Shown one piece after another: positions 1 to 9,017 of a stretch of DNA of 64,000 nucleotides (its first letter is position 1; every line of letters starts with the position of its first letter). The DNA comes from Abditibacterium sp. (GTDB lineage Bacteria; Armatimonadota; Abditibacteriia; Abditibacteriales; Abditibacteriaceae): contig OZ251992.1 in NCBI GenBank assembly GCA_965246885.1, positions 3,168,001 through 3,232,000 of the forward strand. Reading direction: 5' to 3'. The translations under genes and the position numbers were made by a program. The notes beneath the pieces were generated by a model that worked only from the letters and a program-made list of their open reading frames with translations, was not told the origin of the DNA and made no database searches.

Positions 1-66
1 CCCATTCGCCGGGGCGTCTCCTTCCAGTCGTCGCGGCGGTCGCTTCTCTCATAAAGCAGGAACATT

Positions 67-351
67 ATGAACCCGACAAGTCACCGCGCGCTGATTGATT
101 TGATGTCGTTTGGAACCGAGGAGTTCTCCTCCTCCGACGCCGCCCGTTTGATGCAACTCGTGGCGCAGTGTCCCGAATGTAAAGGCGAGTGGACTTTGGT
201 CGAAAAGACCATCACCACCCTTTCTACAACGGGCGAACTGACCGTTGCCGAATCGAAAAGCCACGAGATGTGGCTGGTCTGCCTCGGCCACGCCCAAACC
301 CACCATCATCACGAAGGCAACGGCGGACACCGTCACAAGCATGGCGCCTAA
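67..351 (+). CDS. small hypothetical protein with CxxC and His-rich tail (anti-sigma zinc-finger-like)
   Basis: 94-aa ORF preceded by AGGA; QCPECKGEW motif and HHHH..HRHKH tail. Confidence 0.5.
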   Translation: MNPTSHRALIDLMSFGTEEFSSSDAARLMQLVAQCPECKGEWTLVEKTITTLSTTGELTVAESKSHEMWLVCLGHAQTHHHHEGNGGHRHKHGA

Positions 352-428
352 CTTTTGGCCCGCGCCCAGTCTTCTGCGAATCGCCGACGCGGTTCGCTTT
401 TCGCTTTTTCCCGCCACGCGGTGGCAGA

Positions 429-596
429 GGGCAGCGACGCGCCGACAGACGTCTGTCAGTGATTCCCAGACGTGCGCCAGCGAATGGCGCACGTCTGTCG
501 CTGATTCCCGCACGTCCGCCAGCGAGCTACAGACGTCTGTCACTCGTCGGCGGGCGTCTGTCGGCGCGTCGCCGACGGCAATGAACTGACGAGAGA
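429..596. repeat. degenerate 21-bp tandem repeat array (family R21, locus 1)
   Basis: CGTCTGTC-type units start at 450,471,492,513,534,555; contains palindrome GACAGACGTCTGTC at 444-457. Confidence 0.85.
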
Positions 597-646
597 CGCC
601 CCGCGCCCCACAACCCGAAGCGGCAATGAGCGTCCCAAGGTATGTG

Positions 647-1774
647 ATGATGTTGCGTCGTTCTTTTCTGCTACTCGCGCTGGGCGGCTTCCTGTCCATT
701 GCCCGCGCCGACCGTTTAGACCCCGATCACCCGCCCGTCGGGGTGTTGCCCTCCGAAACCAAGATGGGAGACGCCGCCGTCAAAGATTTCGAGAAAGACA
801 AAACGACCCACTTGCTCGACCTTTCGCTTCCGGCCAACCGCGCGTTGCAGGGCAAGTTGGAAGGGATGGTGCGCGCTATCGGCAAAGCCACGACGCGCCC
901 CGGCATCGCGTATACGGTAAAAATCGTGGATAACACCGACATCAACGCTTTTACGCTTCCGGGCGGGCACGTCTATGTCTTCAAGGGACTATTGGATTTC
1001 GTCGCGTCGGACGACGAGTTGGCGGGCGTGCTGGCGCACGAATTGGGACACAACGCAAGGCTTCACGCCCTGCGCGGTGAGAAGCAGGCGAAGAAATTGA
1101 GTTGGGTGAATCTGGCGGCGATGGCGGCGATGATCGCGGGCGGGCAAAACGGCGCCAACGTCGGCGCGTTCTCGCAGTTCGCGTTGCTGGGTGCCATGAA
1201 CGGTTACGGCGTCGGTCTGGAAAAGGAAGCGGACGCGAGTGCCGTAGAAACGATGCGCCGCGCCGGGTATAACCCGTCCGCTCTGGTGACGTTCATGCGC
1301 CGCTTGCAAGTCGAGGAGAACCACCACCCGGATGTAAAACTGGGCATTTTTGCCACGCACCCGCCCTCCGATGAGCGCGCCGACGCGGTGCTGACGCAGA
1401 TGGGACGCGACGGTTTGCCGTTCACGCCGCGCGAGGTATCGGGCGGCGCGCAGTTCGTGCTCGTCGAGAAACCCGACCGGGTAACGGTGGCGATGAACGG
1501 CCTGACGCTCCTCGAATTTGCTCCAACTGCTGGGGGTCGTGCGCGGGCGGGGCAGGCCGCGACGCGCCTCAACGCGCTTTGGAAGAACGACCTCAAGGCC
1601 TATGAACTCGCCGTTTCCCCCGATGGCATGCTCTCGGCGCGCGGAGAAACGGTGGCCACCCCTGCGGCGGAAGACGCGCAAAGAGCGGGGCTATCGCCCT
1701 TGGCAACCGCGCAGGGGTGGAAGAGCAACTTTGAGCGCTTGTTTTGGCGCTTGCAGTTGAATGGGAAGGTTTAA
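647..1774 (+). CDS. secreted M48 family zinc metallopeptidase
   Basis: signal peptide; INAFTLPGG, HELGH (HExxH), EKEAD, ATHPP motifs; start uncertain (626-650). Confidence 0.85.
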   Translation: MMLRRSFLLLALGGFLSIARADRLDPDHPPVGVLPSETKMGDAAVKDFEKDKTTHLLDLSLPANRALQGKLEGMVRAIGKATTRPGIAYTVKIVDNTDINAFTLPGGHVYVFKGLLDFVASDDELAGVLAHELGHNARLHALRGEKQAKKLSWVNLAAMAAMIAGGQNGANVGAFSQFALLGAMNGYGVGLEKEADASAVETMRRAGYNPSALVTFMRRLQVEENHHPDVKLGIFATHPPSDERADAVLTQMGRDGLPFTPREVSGGAQFVLVEKPDRVTVAMNGLTLLEFAPTAGGRARAGQAATRLNALWKNDLKAYELAVSPDGMLSARGETVATPAAEDAQRAGLSPLATAQGWKSNFERLFWRLQLNGKV

Positions 1775-1892
1775 CGTATCGAGCGACTGAAGTCGCAGCC
1801 AGCAGAAGCGTCGGCCTTCGTTGGCGCACACCCCGTCGGCGAAGGCCGACGCTTCTGCTGGCTGCGACTTCAGTCGCTCGATACGTTAAACC
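1768..1892. repeat. REP/REPIN-like nested palindrome, family A copy 1
   Basis: long inverted arms containing AGCGACTGAAGTCGCAGCCAGC-N6-GTCGGCCTTCG. Confidence 0.9.
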
Positions 1893-1900
1893 CACTCCCC

Positions 1901-2452
1901 ATGAACACCCACCAAGGTTTTACGTTGTGGTTTACCGGTTTGTCGGGCGCGGGCAAATCTACTCTCTCGGAGCATCTCGAAGCGCAGTTCAAAAAGCGCG
2001 GGTATCGCGTCGAGGTGCTCGATGGCGATGTGGTGCGCACGCATTTAAGCAAGGGGCTGTCCTTTTCCAAGGAAGACCGCGACACGAACGTGCTGCGCAT
2101 CGGGTGGGTGTGTTCGCTCTTAGCGCGCAATGGGGTTATCGCGGTTTCGGCGGCGATTTCGCCCTACGCCGACGTGCGCGCGGAGTGCCGTAAGATGACC
2201 GAAGATTCGGGCGCGGCGTTTGTCGAGGTGTGGATGAACGCGCCCTTGGAAGTCGTGGCGGCGCGCGACGTGAAGGGGCTGTATAAGCGGGCACTCGCTG
2301 GAGAAATCCCGAACTTTACCGGGGTGTCCGACCCGTATGAGGCGCCCGACGCGCCCGAAGTGACAGTTGAAAGCGGGCGAGAATCGCTCGAAGACGGCGC
2401 GGCGCGGGTGCTGGGATACCTTGAAGCGCGCGGACTGGTAACGATGGAGTAA
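1901..2452 (+). CDS. cysC: adenylyl-sulfate kinase
   Basis: WFTGLSGAGKST P-loop, LDGDVVR, RDVKGLY, FTGVSDPYEAP. Confidence 0.95.
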   Translation: MNTHQGFTLWFTGLSGAGKSTLSEHLEAQFKKRGYRVEVLDGDVVRTHLSKGLSFSKEDRDTNVLRIGWVCSLLARNGVIAVSAAISPYADVRAECRKMTEDSGAAFVEVWMNAPLEVVAARDVKGLYKRALAGEIPNFTGVSDPYEAPDAPEVTVESGRESLEDGAARVLGYLEARGLVTME

Positions 2453-2461
2453 ACCCAAACC

Positions 2462-3349
2462 ATGCCGATAGATTTGCACGCCCATACGACGGCTTCCGAT
2501 GGCACGCTCTCGCCGCGCGAGTTAGTGATACACGCCAAGGAGGTGGGCTTGTCCGCCGTCGCCGTCTCGGATCACGACACGGTTGGCGGTTGGGCCGAAG
2601 CGCTGGAAGCGGCGCGCACTCTTGGAGATATTGCAGTGGTTCCGGCCATCGAGCTATCGGTCTCGAACGACGCGGGCAAGTTCCACCTGCTCGGTTATTT
2701 TCCCGGTCGCACGACGCTGGAGGGCACGGCGCTGGGCGCGGCGGTGGCGCAGTTGCAGACCGAGCGCGACGAGCGCAACACGCGCATTTACGAGAATCTG
2801 CGCGCGTTGGGCGCGTCCGTTGACCCGGCGCGCGTGCGCGCCATTGCGGGCGGCGGGGCGCAGATAGGGCGGCCCCACATCGCGCGGGCGCTTGTGGAAG
2901 GGGGGCACGCGGTCTCGATTCAGGACGCCTTCGACCGCTTCCTTGATGCGAACGGCCCCGCCTACGCGAGTAAAAAGGGACTGACGCCGGAAGAGGCCAT
3001 CGCGCTCATTCACGAGGCGGGCGGCGTCGCGGTGTGGGCGCACCCGACGCGTGGGCCGAGCGAGCGGGCCGAGGTGCTCGATTTTGCGCGCGGCGAGGAG
3101 CTTTTGCACCAATGGAAGGCGTGGGGGTTGGACGGGATGGAGGTGTACTACGGCGCGTATACGCCCGCAGAAGCCGCGTGGACGCTCTCCATGAGCGAGA
3201 AATACGGCTTGTTGGGAACGGGCGGCAGCGACTTTCACGGCGCGACAAAACCGGGCGTGCCGCTTAGCCGCGTCAATGGCGACGCGCGCGTGCCGGACGG
3301 GGTTTTGGGGGTCTTGGAAGCGCGGGCGAAAGGGAACAGGGGGGCGTAA
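2462..3349 (+). CDS. PHP-domain phosphoesterase (TrpH/YciV-like)
   Basis: DLHAHTTASDG, SDHDT, GRPHIA, AHP, GGSDFHG motifs. Confidence 0.9.
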   Translation: MPIDLHAHTTASDGTLSPRELVIHAKEVGLSAVAVSDHDTVGGWAEALEAARTLGDIAVVPAIELSVSNDAGKFHLLGYFPGRTTLEGTALGAAVAQLQTERDERNTRIYENLRALGASVDPARVRAIAGGGAQIGRPHIARALVEGGHAVSIQDAFDRFLDANGPAYASKKGLTPEEAIALIHEAGGVAVWAHPTRGPSERAEVLDFARGEELLHQWKAWGLDGMEVYYGAYTPAEAAWTLSMSEKYGLLGTGGSDFHGATKPGVPLSRVNGDARVPDGVLGVLEARAKGNRGA

Positions 3350-3416
3350 TTGTTCGTCTGGGTCGCGTCCCGCGACCTTGATGGAAAGGCGAACTCCGAT
3401 AAAGACCGCGCGCCTG

Positions 3417-3425
3417 TGGTAAAAT
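3417..3425 (+). promoter_or_regulatory. putative extended -10 promoter
   Basis: TGgTAAAAT about 50 bp upstream of ATG 3473. Confidence 0.45.
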
Positions 3426-3472
3426 CGCCCTGCTTTGCGTCGCTTTAAGCTTAAAGGCGCAAGTTCAAGGAG

Positions 3473-4780
3473 ATGCGCGTGCCGCTCAATCACATCAACC
3501 GTTCCATCGTTTCCGTTCCCGTCGTTGCCGTTGCTTTGTCGCTGGGCGTTGCCCTGCCCGTTCTCGCCCAAACCGATTTGCCGCCCGCTCCCGCGCCGAG
3601 CACCGTTTCCAAAGGGAATTTGTCGGCGGCCTCGCTTGTTAAAGAAGCCTTGGACATCGCGGGCCGCGTGCAAGGCGCGCGGCCCGTCGTGGTGCGCGGC
3701 GCGGCGGGGTTGTTGCCGCGCCTGCCCAAAGCCGACCGCGACGCGCTGACGGCGCACTGGCTGCGTTACGCGACCTCGCCCACCGTTGCGCGCGGCGCGC
3801 GGGGTGATGCCTTGGCCGCCTTTTTCGATGTCGCGGCGCGCGCGGACGCCAACTACGCCGAGAAAATCGCGTTGCAAGCGCCCGATGCCGCCGCGCGTTC
3901 GGGCGGGTTATTGCAGGTGTCCCGCGCCGTCAGCCGGATGGATTGGCAACGCGCCGATGACCTGTTGGGGAGCGCCCTGCGCGCCGCTCACGAGGAGCCG
4001 GACGCCCTCTTGCGCGCGAGGGCGCTTGTGTTTGGCGCGTATCGCGCGAGCGAACTCAATCCGGCGCGCGTCGAAGAGACGCTAAAAGACGCGCAGAGGC
4101 AGGTGGACGCCCTCCCCAACGGGAAGGAAAAGGATTACCTCCTGTTGGAACTGTCCGGCGCCGCCGCGCAGTATGACCTTCCCAATGCCCGTAAATTGGT
4201 AGGGCGTATCGAGGACAAAGACCTTAAGACCCTCGCCACCGCGCGCGTAGGACTTTCGGAGATTTCCCAGACCTCGTTGCGCGAATCTACCACCGACCGC
4301 GTGCGCGCCCTCGCTACTGCCGCCGCGCCTTATGACTCGCGTGCCCTGCCCACGCTGTTGCAACTGCCCACCGAACCGGATGTGCTCAAAGCCGTTTCGC
4401 AAACCTTGCCGCCCATTTATCCGTCGGCTCACCCCGCCATAGATGCCTCGCAGTTGGAAACGCTGTGGGACTACTCGCAAAAAGCGCCCGAAGGGGTTTA
4501 CCGCGACGAGTTGCAGTCCCGTTTGGCGCGCTTGATGGTGCTCAGCGACCTGTGGCGCGGGCGCGATTGGGGTAAGCAACTCGCGTGGAAAGGCGGGCGT
4601 GTGCAGGTGGGCGCGTTCCTGAAGCAGGTGCTCGAAGCGCGCCAATCGCAGCTTCACGCCGGTGCCCTACAAGACACCGCGAAGACCGATGCCGACGCTG
4701 CTTACGCCCAGACCAAAAAACTGGCTCCCGCCGCCCGCGCCGAAGCGTTGCTGTTGTTGGCGGGACAGGTATTGGGGTAG
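3473..4780 (+). CDS. secreted alpha-helical hypothetical protein
   Basis: AAGGAG upstream, signal peptide ending VLA-Q, 435 aa Ala/Leu-rich helical sequence. Confidence 0.7.
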   Translation: MRVPLNHINRSIVSVPVVAVALSLGVALPVLAQTDLPPAPAPSTVSKGNLSAASLVKEALDIAGRVQGARPVVVRGAAGLLPRLPKADRDALTAHWLRYATSPTVARGARGDALAAFFDVAARADANYAEKIALQAPDAAARSGGLLQVSRAVSRMDWQRADDLLGSALRAAHEEPDALLRARALVFGAYRASELNPARVEETLKDAQRQVDALPNGKEKDYLLLELSGAAAQYDLPNARKLVGRIEDKDLKTLATARVGLSEISQTSLRESTTDRVRALATAAAPYDSRALPTLLQLPTEPDVLKAVSQTLPPIYPSAHPAIDASQLETLWDYSQKAPEGVYRDELQSRLARLMVLSDLWRGRDWGKQLAWKGGRVQVGAFLKQVLEARQSQLHAGALQDTAKTDADAAYAQTKKLAPAARAEALLLLAGQVLG

Positions 4781-4784
4781 AAGT

Positions 4785-4896
4785 CAAAGCGACTGAAGTC
4801 GCAGCCAGCGGGGCCGTCGGCAAAGGCCGACGGCCCGACTGAGAACTACGTCGGCGAAGGCCGACGGCCCTGCTGGCTGCGACTTCAGTCGCTTTG
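4785..4896. repeat. REP/REPIN-like nested palindrome, family A copy 2
   Basis: same core; lies between convergent genes and contains the stop codon of the minus-strand gene. Confidence 0.9.
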
Positions 4897-5460
4897 GCGC
4901 TCCTTGCGCGCCGCGACATAAACCTCGCGCGCCGCGTCCAAGTTGAGGGCGAAGATCCCCGCGCCCACGATCAAATCGGGCCACGCCGCGCGCCAAAACA
5001 ACGTGACGCCCCCCGCCGCGATGATGGCGACGTTGGCAAGGGCATCGTTGCGCGCCGACAAGAAGGCGGCGCGCGTTAGGCTCCCAGCGTGCGCGCGGAA
5101 ACGGGCCAAGAGGGTGGCGCAGAACAGATTGACCCCAAGCGCGCCCAATCCGGTGAGCGACAACAGCGCCGCGTCCGGCGCGCTCGCATGATAAAGTTTG
5201 CCCCACGCCGTCCACAATGTCGCCAACCCCGGCAAGAGGAGCACCCCCGCCATCCCCGTCCCGACCAGCGAGCGCCGCCGCGCGCTCCACCCCAGCGCGA
5301 GCAAAATCAAGCCGTTAACCGCCGCATCTTCCAGAAAATCAATTGAATCCGCGAGGAGCGAGACCGACCCAATATGCCGCGCGACCCCGAACTCGACGCC
5401 AAAGTAAGCGAGGTTGAGGAAAACGACAAGGGCAACGGTATAGCGGAGGGAGTTGTTCAC
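4885..5460 (-). CDS. cation efflux (CDF) family transporter, TM domain only
   Basis: SVSLLADSIDFLED, SARNDALAN, WPDLIVG; GTG start at 5460 inferred. Confidence 0.8.
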   Translation of the reverse strand: MNNSLRYTVALVVFLNLAYFGVEFGVARHIGSVSLLADSIDFLEDAAVNGLILLALGWSARRRSLVGTGMAGVLLLPGLATLWTAWGKLYHASAPDAALLSLTGLGALGVNLFCATLLARFRAHAGSLTRAAFLSARNDALANVAIIAAGGVTLFWRAAWPDLIVGAGIFALNLDAAREVYVAARKERQSD

Positions 5461-5478
5461 GGTGGGAGTTTGGCGCAC

Positions 5479-5624
5479 GCCTTCGGGGATATAAAATCCC
5501 CGGCATCCGGCTTCGCCAAGTGTCCTATCGGACACGGGGCAGACCCGGCGCGTTAGGGCAGCACGTCCGGCAGGACGTTTGGGCGCTTGCGCCCGGATGC
5601 CGGGGATTTCATATCCCCGAAAGC
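5479..5624. repeat. REP/REPIN-like nested palindrome, family B
   Basis: TTCGGGGATATAAAATCCCCGGCATCCGG ... CCGGATGCCGGGGATTTCATATCCCCGAA arms with inner hairpins GTGTCC-TATC-GGACAC and ACGTCC-GGCA-GGACGT. Confidence 0.8.
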
Positions 5625-5647
5625 ATCGAACATTAAACTGCCCCGCC

Positions 5648-5932
5648 ATGAACCCCGAACCGCCCCCTATTGCCAAGTCGAAGGCACTCAATTATGTGTT
5701 TGTGGGGGTTTCTCTCTTTGTCTTGGGTGTAATCTGCATGGGTGGCCTTGCGCTCCGCGTCGCTGGAATTCCCACGCCACGCCCTTCCACCCCTTCCGCA
5801 TTGATTGGCTCGGCACTCATGGGATTGGTCTTTTGCTACCTTGGCCTTCAAATGATGCGTGGCGGTTGGCGTCTTCTCAAACCCCGCCAATCCCCACCCT
5901 CTCCATCCCCTCAAACTCTCCCCCATGCCTAA
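5648..5932 (+). CDS. small two-TM membrane protein
   Basis: two hydrophobic segments; overlaps der start. Confidence 0.5.
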   Translation: MNPEPPPIAKSKALNYVFVGVSLFVLGVICMGGLALRVAGIPTPRPSTPSALIGSALMGLVFCYLGLQMMRGGWRLLKPRQSPPSPSPQTLPHA

Positions 5933-7283
5933 ACCGTTAATCGCCATTGTGGGGCGGCCCAATGTTGGGAAAAGCCACTTGTTTAACCGCCTTGCGCGGC
6001 AACGCATCGCGCTTGTCGAGGATTTCGAGGGGACGACGCGCGACCGATTGTATCAGTCCATCGAGATTTGGGGGCGCGAGTGCTTGCTCATTGACACCGG
6101 CGGCTTCGACTCGATGGATAAAGAGGGCTACACGCCCGCCATTTTGGGTTCGACGCAACTGGCCATCGAAGAGGCCGACATCATCGTGTTCATGGTGGAC
6201 GGGCGCGAGGAACCGACGACGCTCGATTACGAGATCGCCGACGTGCTGCGCAAAACGAAGAAGCCCGTCATCGTCGCCGCCAACAAGCTCGACACGCTCG
6301 CCATGAAGCCCGCCAACCATTACGCACTTCGCATGGGGCAACCGCTTCCCGTCAGCGCCGCGACCGGCTTTGGCGTGGCGGAGTTGACGGAGAAAATCGA
6401 GGATTACCTGCCGCCCAAAGCCGACGACGAGGAGGAAGACCCCGACCGCATCCGCATTTCCATCGTCGGGCGCCCGAACGTCGGCAAGTCGCAACTGACC
6501 AACACCCTCCTCGGCTTCGACCGCTCGATTGTCTCCCCCGTTCCCGGCACGACGCGCGACGCCGTTGACACGCCCCTCGACTGGAACGGCGAGAAGCTGC
6601 TGCTCATTGACACGGCGGGAATGCGCCGCAAATCGCGCGTCAAACGCGACGAAACCTCGGTCGAATACCACATGGTTTTGCGCTCGCTCAAGGCCATTGA
6701 CCGCGCGCACGTCGTCGTGTTGCTGCTCGACGCGGGCGGCGTCACCGACCAAGACACCAAAATCGCGGGCTACGCTTTCGAGGCCGGAAAGCCGCTCGTC
6801 ATTGCCGTCAACAAGTGGGACTTAATCGAGAACCAGCCCGGCAACCCCGAAAAGCGCACGATGGCCCAGAAGGATTACGAGGCCAACCTCAATAACTACT
6901 TCGCCTTCGTCTCCTACGCGCCGGTCATGTTCCTGAGCGGCGAGAAAGGCTGGGGCGTGCAAGAGTTAATCGCCGACGCCCTCAACATTGCGCCCAACGG
7001 CCAACTGCGCATTGCGACCGGCCCGCTCAACGACATGATCCGCCGCTCGATTGCCGAGCACCCGATTCCAAGCGTCAAGGGTCGTCCCGTCAAGTTCCGC
7101 TACGCCACGCAGTTCGCCATCAACCCGCCCAAAATCGCCGTCTTCGTCAACCAGCCTGAACTGCTCCATTTCTCCTATGTTCGCCGCATCGAGAACGTGG
7201 TGCGCGCCAAATTCCCCTTTCGCGGCGTGCCTTTGAAAATCGAAGTCCGCAAGTCCAATCCGCGCGACGAGAAGGGAGAATAG
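5925..7283 (+). CDS. der: ribosome biogenesis GTPase Der/EngA
   Basis: two GRPNVGKS G-domains, DTGG/DTAG, NKLD/NKWD, C-terminal KH-like domain. Confidence 0.97.
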   Translation: MPKPLIAIVGRPNVGKSHLFNRLARQRIALVEDFEGTTRDRLYQSIEIWGRECLLIDTGGFDSMDKEGYTPAILGSTQLAIEEADIIVFMVDGREEPTTLDYEIADVLRKTKKPVIVAANKLDTLAMKPANHYALRMGQPLPVSAATGFGVAELTEKIEDYLPPKADDEEEDPDRIRISIVGRPNVGKSQLTNTLLGFDRSIVSPVPGTTRDAVDTPLDWNGEKLLLIDTAGMRRKSRVKRDETSVEYHMVLRSLKAIDRAHVVVLLLDAGGVTDQDTKIAGYAFEAGKPLVIAVNKWDLIENQPGNPEKRTMAQKDYEANLNNYFAFVSYAPVMFLSGEKGWGVQELIADALNIAPNGQLRIATGPLNDMIRRSIAEHPIPSVKGRPVKFRYATQFAINPPKIAVFVNQPELLHFSYVRRIENVVRAKFPFRGVPLKIEVRKSNPRDEKGE

Positions 7284-7313
7284 GTGTTCCTTTCACGTAT
7301 AGTCAATTACGGT

Positions 7314-8378
7314 ATGCACTACTCCCGTTCCGACATCGAAGCCATAGCGAGCCAGAAGCCCGCGCCAGCGACGTGCGTTTTCGCGCCGGAGGGCACGTTC
7401 GATGAGGACGCTCTGGCGGGCCTGTCGGGGGCGGCGCGCTTGCCATACGTGGTTTTCGACGGCTCGCCGCTTTCGCGGGCGAACCTGCTGGCGCTCGCCG
7501 ACCTCCCGACGACCGTGCGCCTTAGCCTGTCCAAGTGCCGCTTTGAAGGGAAAGACTTCGCCGCGTTCTGCGACGCACTGGCACGCGGCGGCTCGCCCAA
7601 GCTCAGCGAGTTGCTACTCGCGGGCACCCCCGTTGGCGACGAAGAGTTGCGCGCGCTGGCGGCGGTCACGCGGCTGAAGAGACTTGTGCTCGACGGCACG
7701 CGCGTCACCGACGCGGGGCTGGCGCCCCTACTCTCGCTCACAAAGCTGGAACTGCTGGGCCTGAATCGCACTCAGGTTTCCGACGCGGGCGTTCTGGCGC
7801 TGGCGAGTCTGCCCAAAGTTGTCGTTGGCCTCGCCGAGCAAAACGGGTGGTCGTCCGACACCGCCGAGACGTTCTTCCGCGCGCAGTTGGCGCTGGTTCT
7901 GGCCAAGAAGAAGCGCGACCCGGCGCAACTCGAAGCGGCGGACGCGGTGATGCGCGCGTTCTTGCGGGAGATGGAAGCATGGGAACGCTCGGTGTGGGGA
8001 CGCGCCCGCGCCATAGAGGAGAAATACAAAGCGGCGCGTCCCTACCCCAGCACGCTGGCCCCGGACGAAGTGCCCGAAACCGAGGCGTTATGGGTCGTGA
8101 TGAACGAGGAGAAAGCCGCCCTTGTAGACAAGTATTGTTCCATCGGTCTTCTCGCGCGCGGCGCGGGGCGCGCTGCATGGTATGGCGACCCGCCCAACTT
8201 CGAGGCGCAACGCGGCGACTGGATGGGAAGCGAGACGCCCTCGCCCATCACGACCATATTCTACGGGCCGGGCCGCAACGGTTGGCATCGCCGTTACACG
8301 CTCAAGCTGGAACTGCGCCGGTGGAAAGTGGACGAAGTGCAACGGTGGATGAGCGGCTGGAAGCGCGACATGGTGTAA
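7314..8378 (+). CDS. leucine-rich-repeat protein fused to an immunity-like (NTF2-fold/RhsI-like) C-terminal domain
   Basis: repeats such as LKRLVLDGTRVTDAGL; C-term AFLREMEAWE..KYCS..YGDPP..RYTLK..WKVD. Confidence 0.6.
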   Translation: MHYSRSDIEAIASQKPAPATCVFAPEGTFDEDALAGLSGAARLPYVVFDGSPLSRANLLALADLPTTVRLSLSKCRFEGKDFAAFCDALARGGSPKLSELLLAGTPVGDEELRALAAVTRLKRLVLDGTRVTDAGLAPLLSLTKLELLGLNRTQVSDAGVLALASLPKVVVGLAEQNGWSSDTAETFFRAQLALVLAKKKRDPAQLEAADAVMRAFLREMEAWERSVWGRARAIEEKYKAARPYPSTLAPDEVPETEALWVVMNEEKAALVDKYCSIGLLARGAGRAAWYGDPPNFEAQRGDWMGSETPSPITTIFYGPGRNGWHRRYTLKLELRRWKVDEVQRWMSGWKRDMV

Positions 8379-8411
8379 CCGTGCGGCGCGGGGTCTGGGA
8401 AACTGACGGCC

Positions 8412-9008
8412 ATGATTCTCCTCGCCCTACTCCTCGCCTTCCTCGTCGGTTCGATTCCCTTTGGCGTGCTGCTGGGCCGCGCGCGGGGGGTGGACGTGCG
8501 CTCGGTCGGGTCGGGCAACATTGGCGCAACCAACGTGTGGCGCGCGCTTGGGCCGACGTTTGGCGTCCTGTCGTTCGCGCTCGATGTCGGCAAGGGCATC
8601 GCGGGGCCGCTCATCGGGCGCGCACTTCTGCATCCCCCGGTCGAGTGGGCTATCGCCGCGTGTGGCATCGCGGCTGTGCTGGGCCACATCTTCTCACCGT
8701 TTCTCGGATTCAAAGGCGGCAAGGGCATCTCCACGTCTCTGGGCGCCCTCTTCGGCCTCATCCCCTACGTTGGCCTCGCCGCCCTCGCTGTTTGGGCCGT
8801 CGTGCTGGGCGCGAGCCGCATGATTTCCGCCGCGTCGGTCGCCGCGTGCCTCGCGCTCCCCTTACTCGCCTTCGTCTTCCACACCCCCACGCCCTCCGTC
8901 GTCGTAGCGACGCTGATGAGCGCCTTCGCCCTCGTGAAACACGTCCCAAACCTCAAGCGCATCCGCGCGGGCACAGAGCCGAGGATCGGCGCAAAGAAAG
9001 CGGCGTAA
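8412..9008 (+). CDS. plsY: glycerol-3-phosphate acyltransferase
   Basis: GSIPFG, GSGNIGATN, DVGKG, GHIFS, FKGGKGIST, KHxxN. Confidence 0.96.
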   Translation: MILLALLLAFLVGSIPFGVLLGRARGVDVRSVGSGNIGATNVWRALGPTFGVLSFALDVGKGIAGPLIGRALLHPPVEWAIAACGIAAVLGHIFSPFLGFKGGKGISTSLGALFGLIPYVGLAALAVWAVVLGASRMISAASVAACLALPLLAFVFHTPTPSVVVATLMSAFALVKHVPNLKRIRAGTEPRIGAKKAA

Positions 9009-9017
9009 ATTATACCT

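Noticed and set aside
49..699. 216-aa minus-strand ORF with heptad repeats
   Set aside because: Openness is explained by the frame-preserving R21 array; it overlaps better-supported + strand genes.
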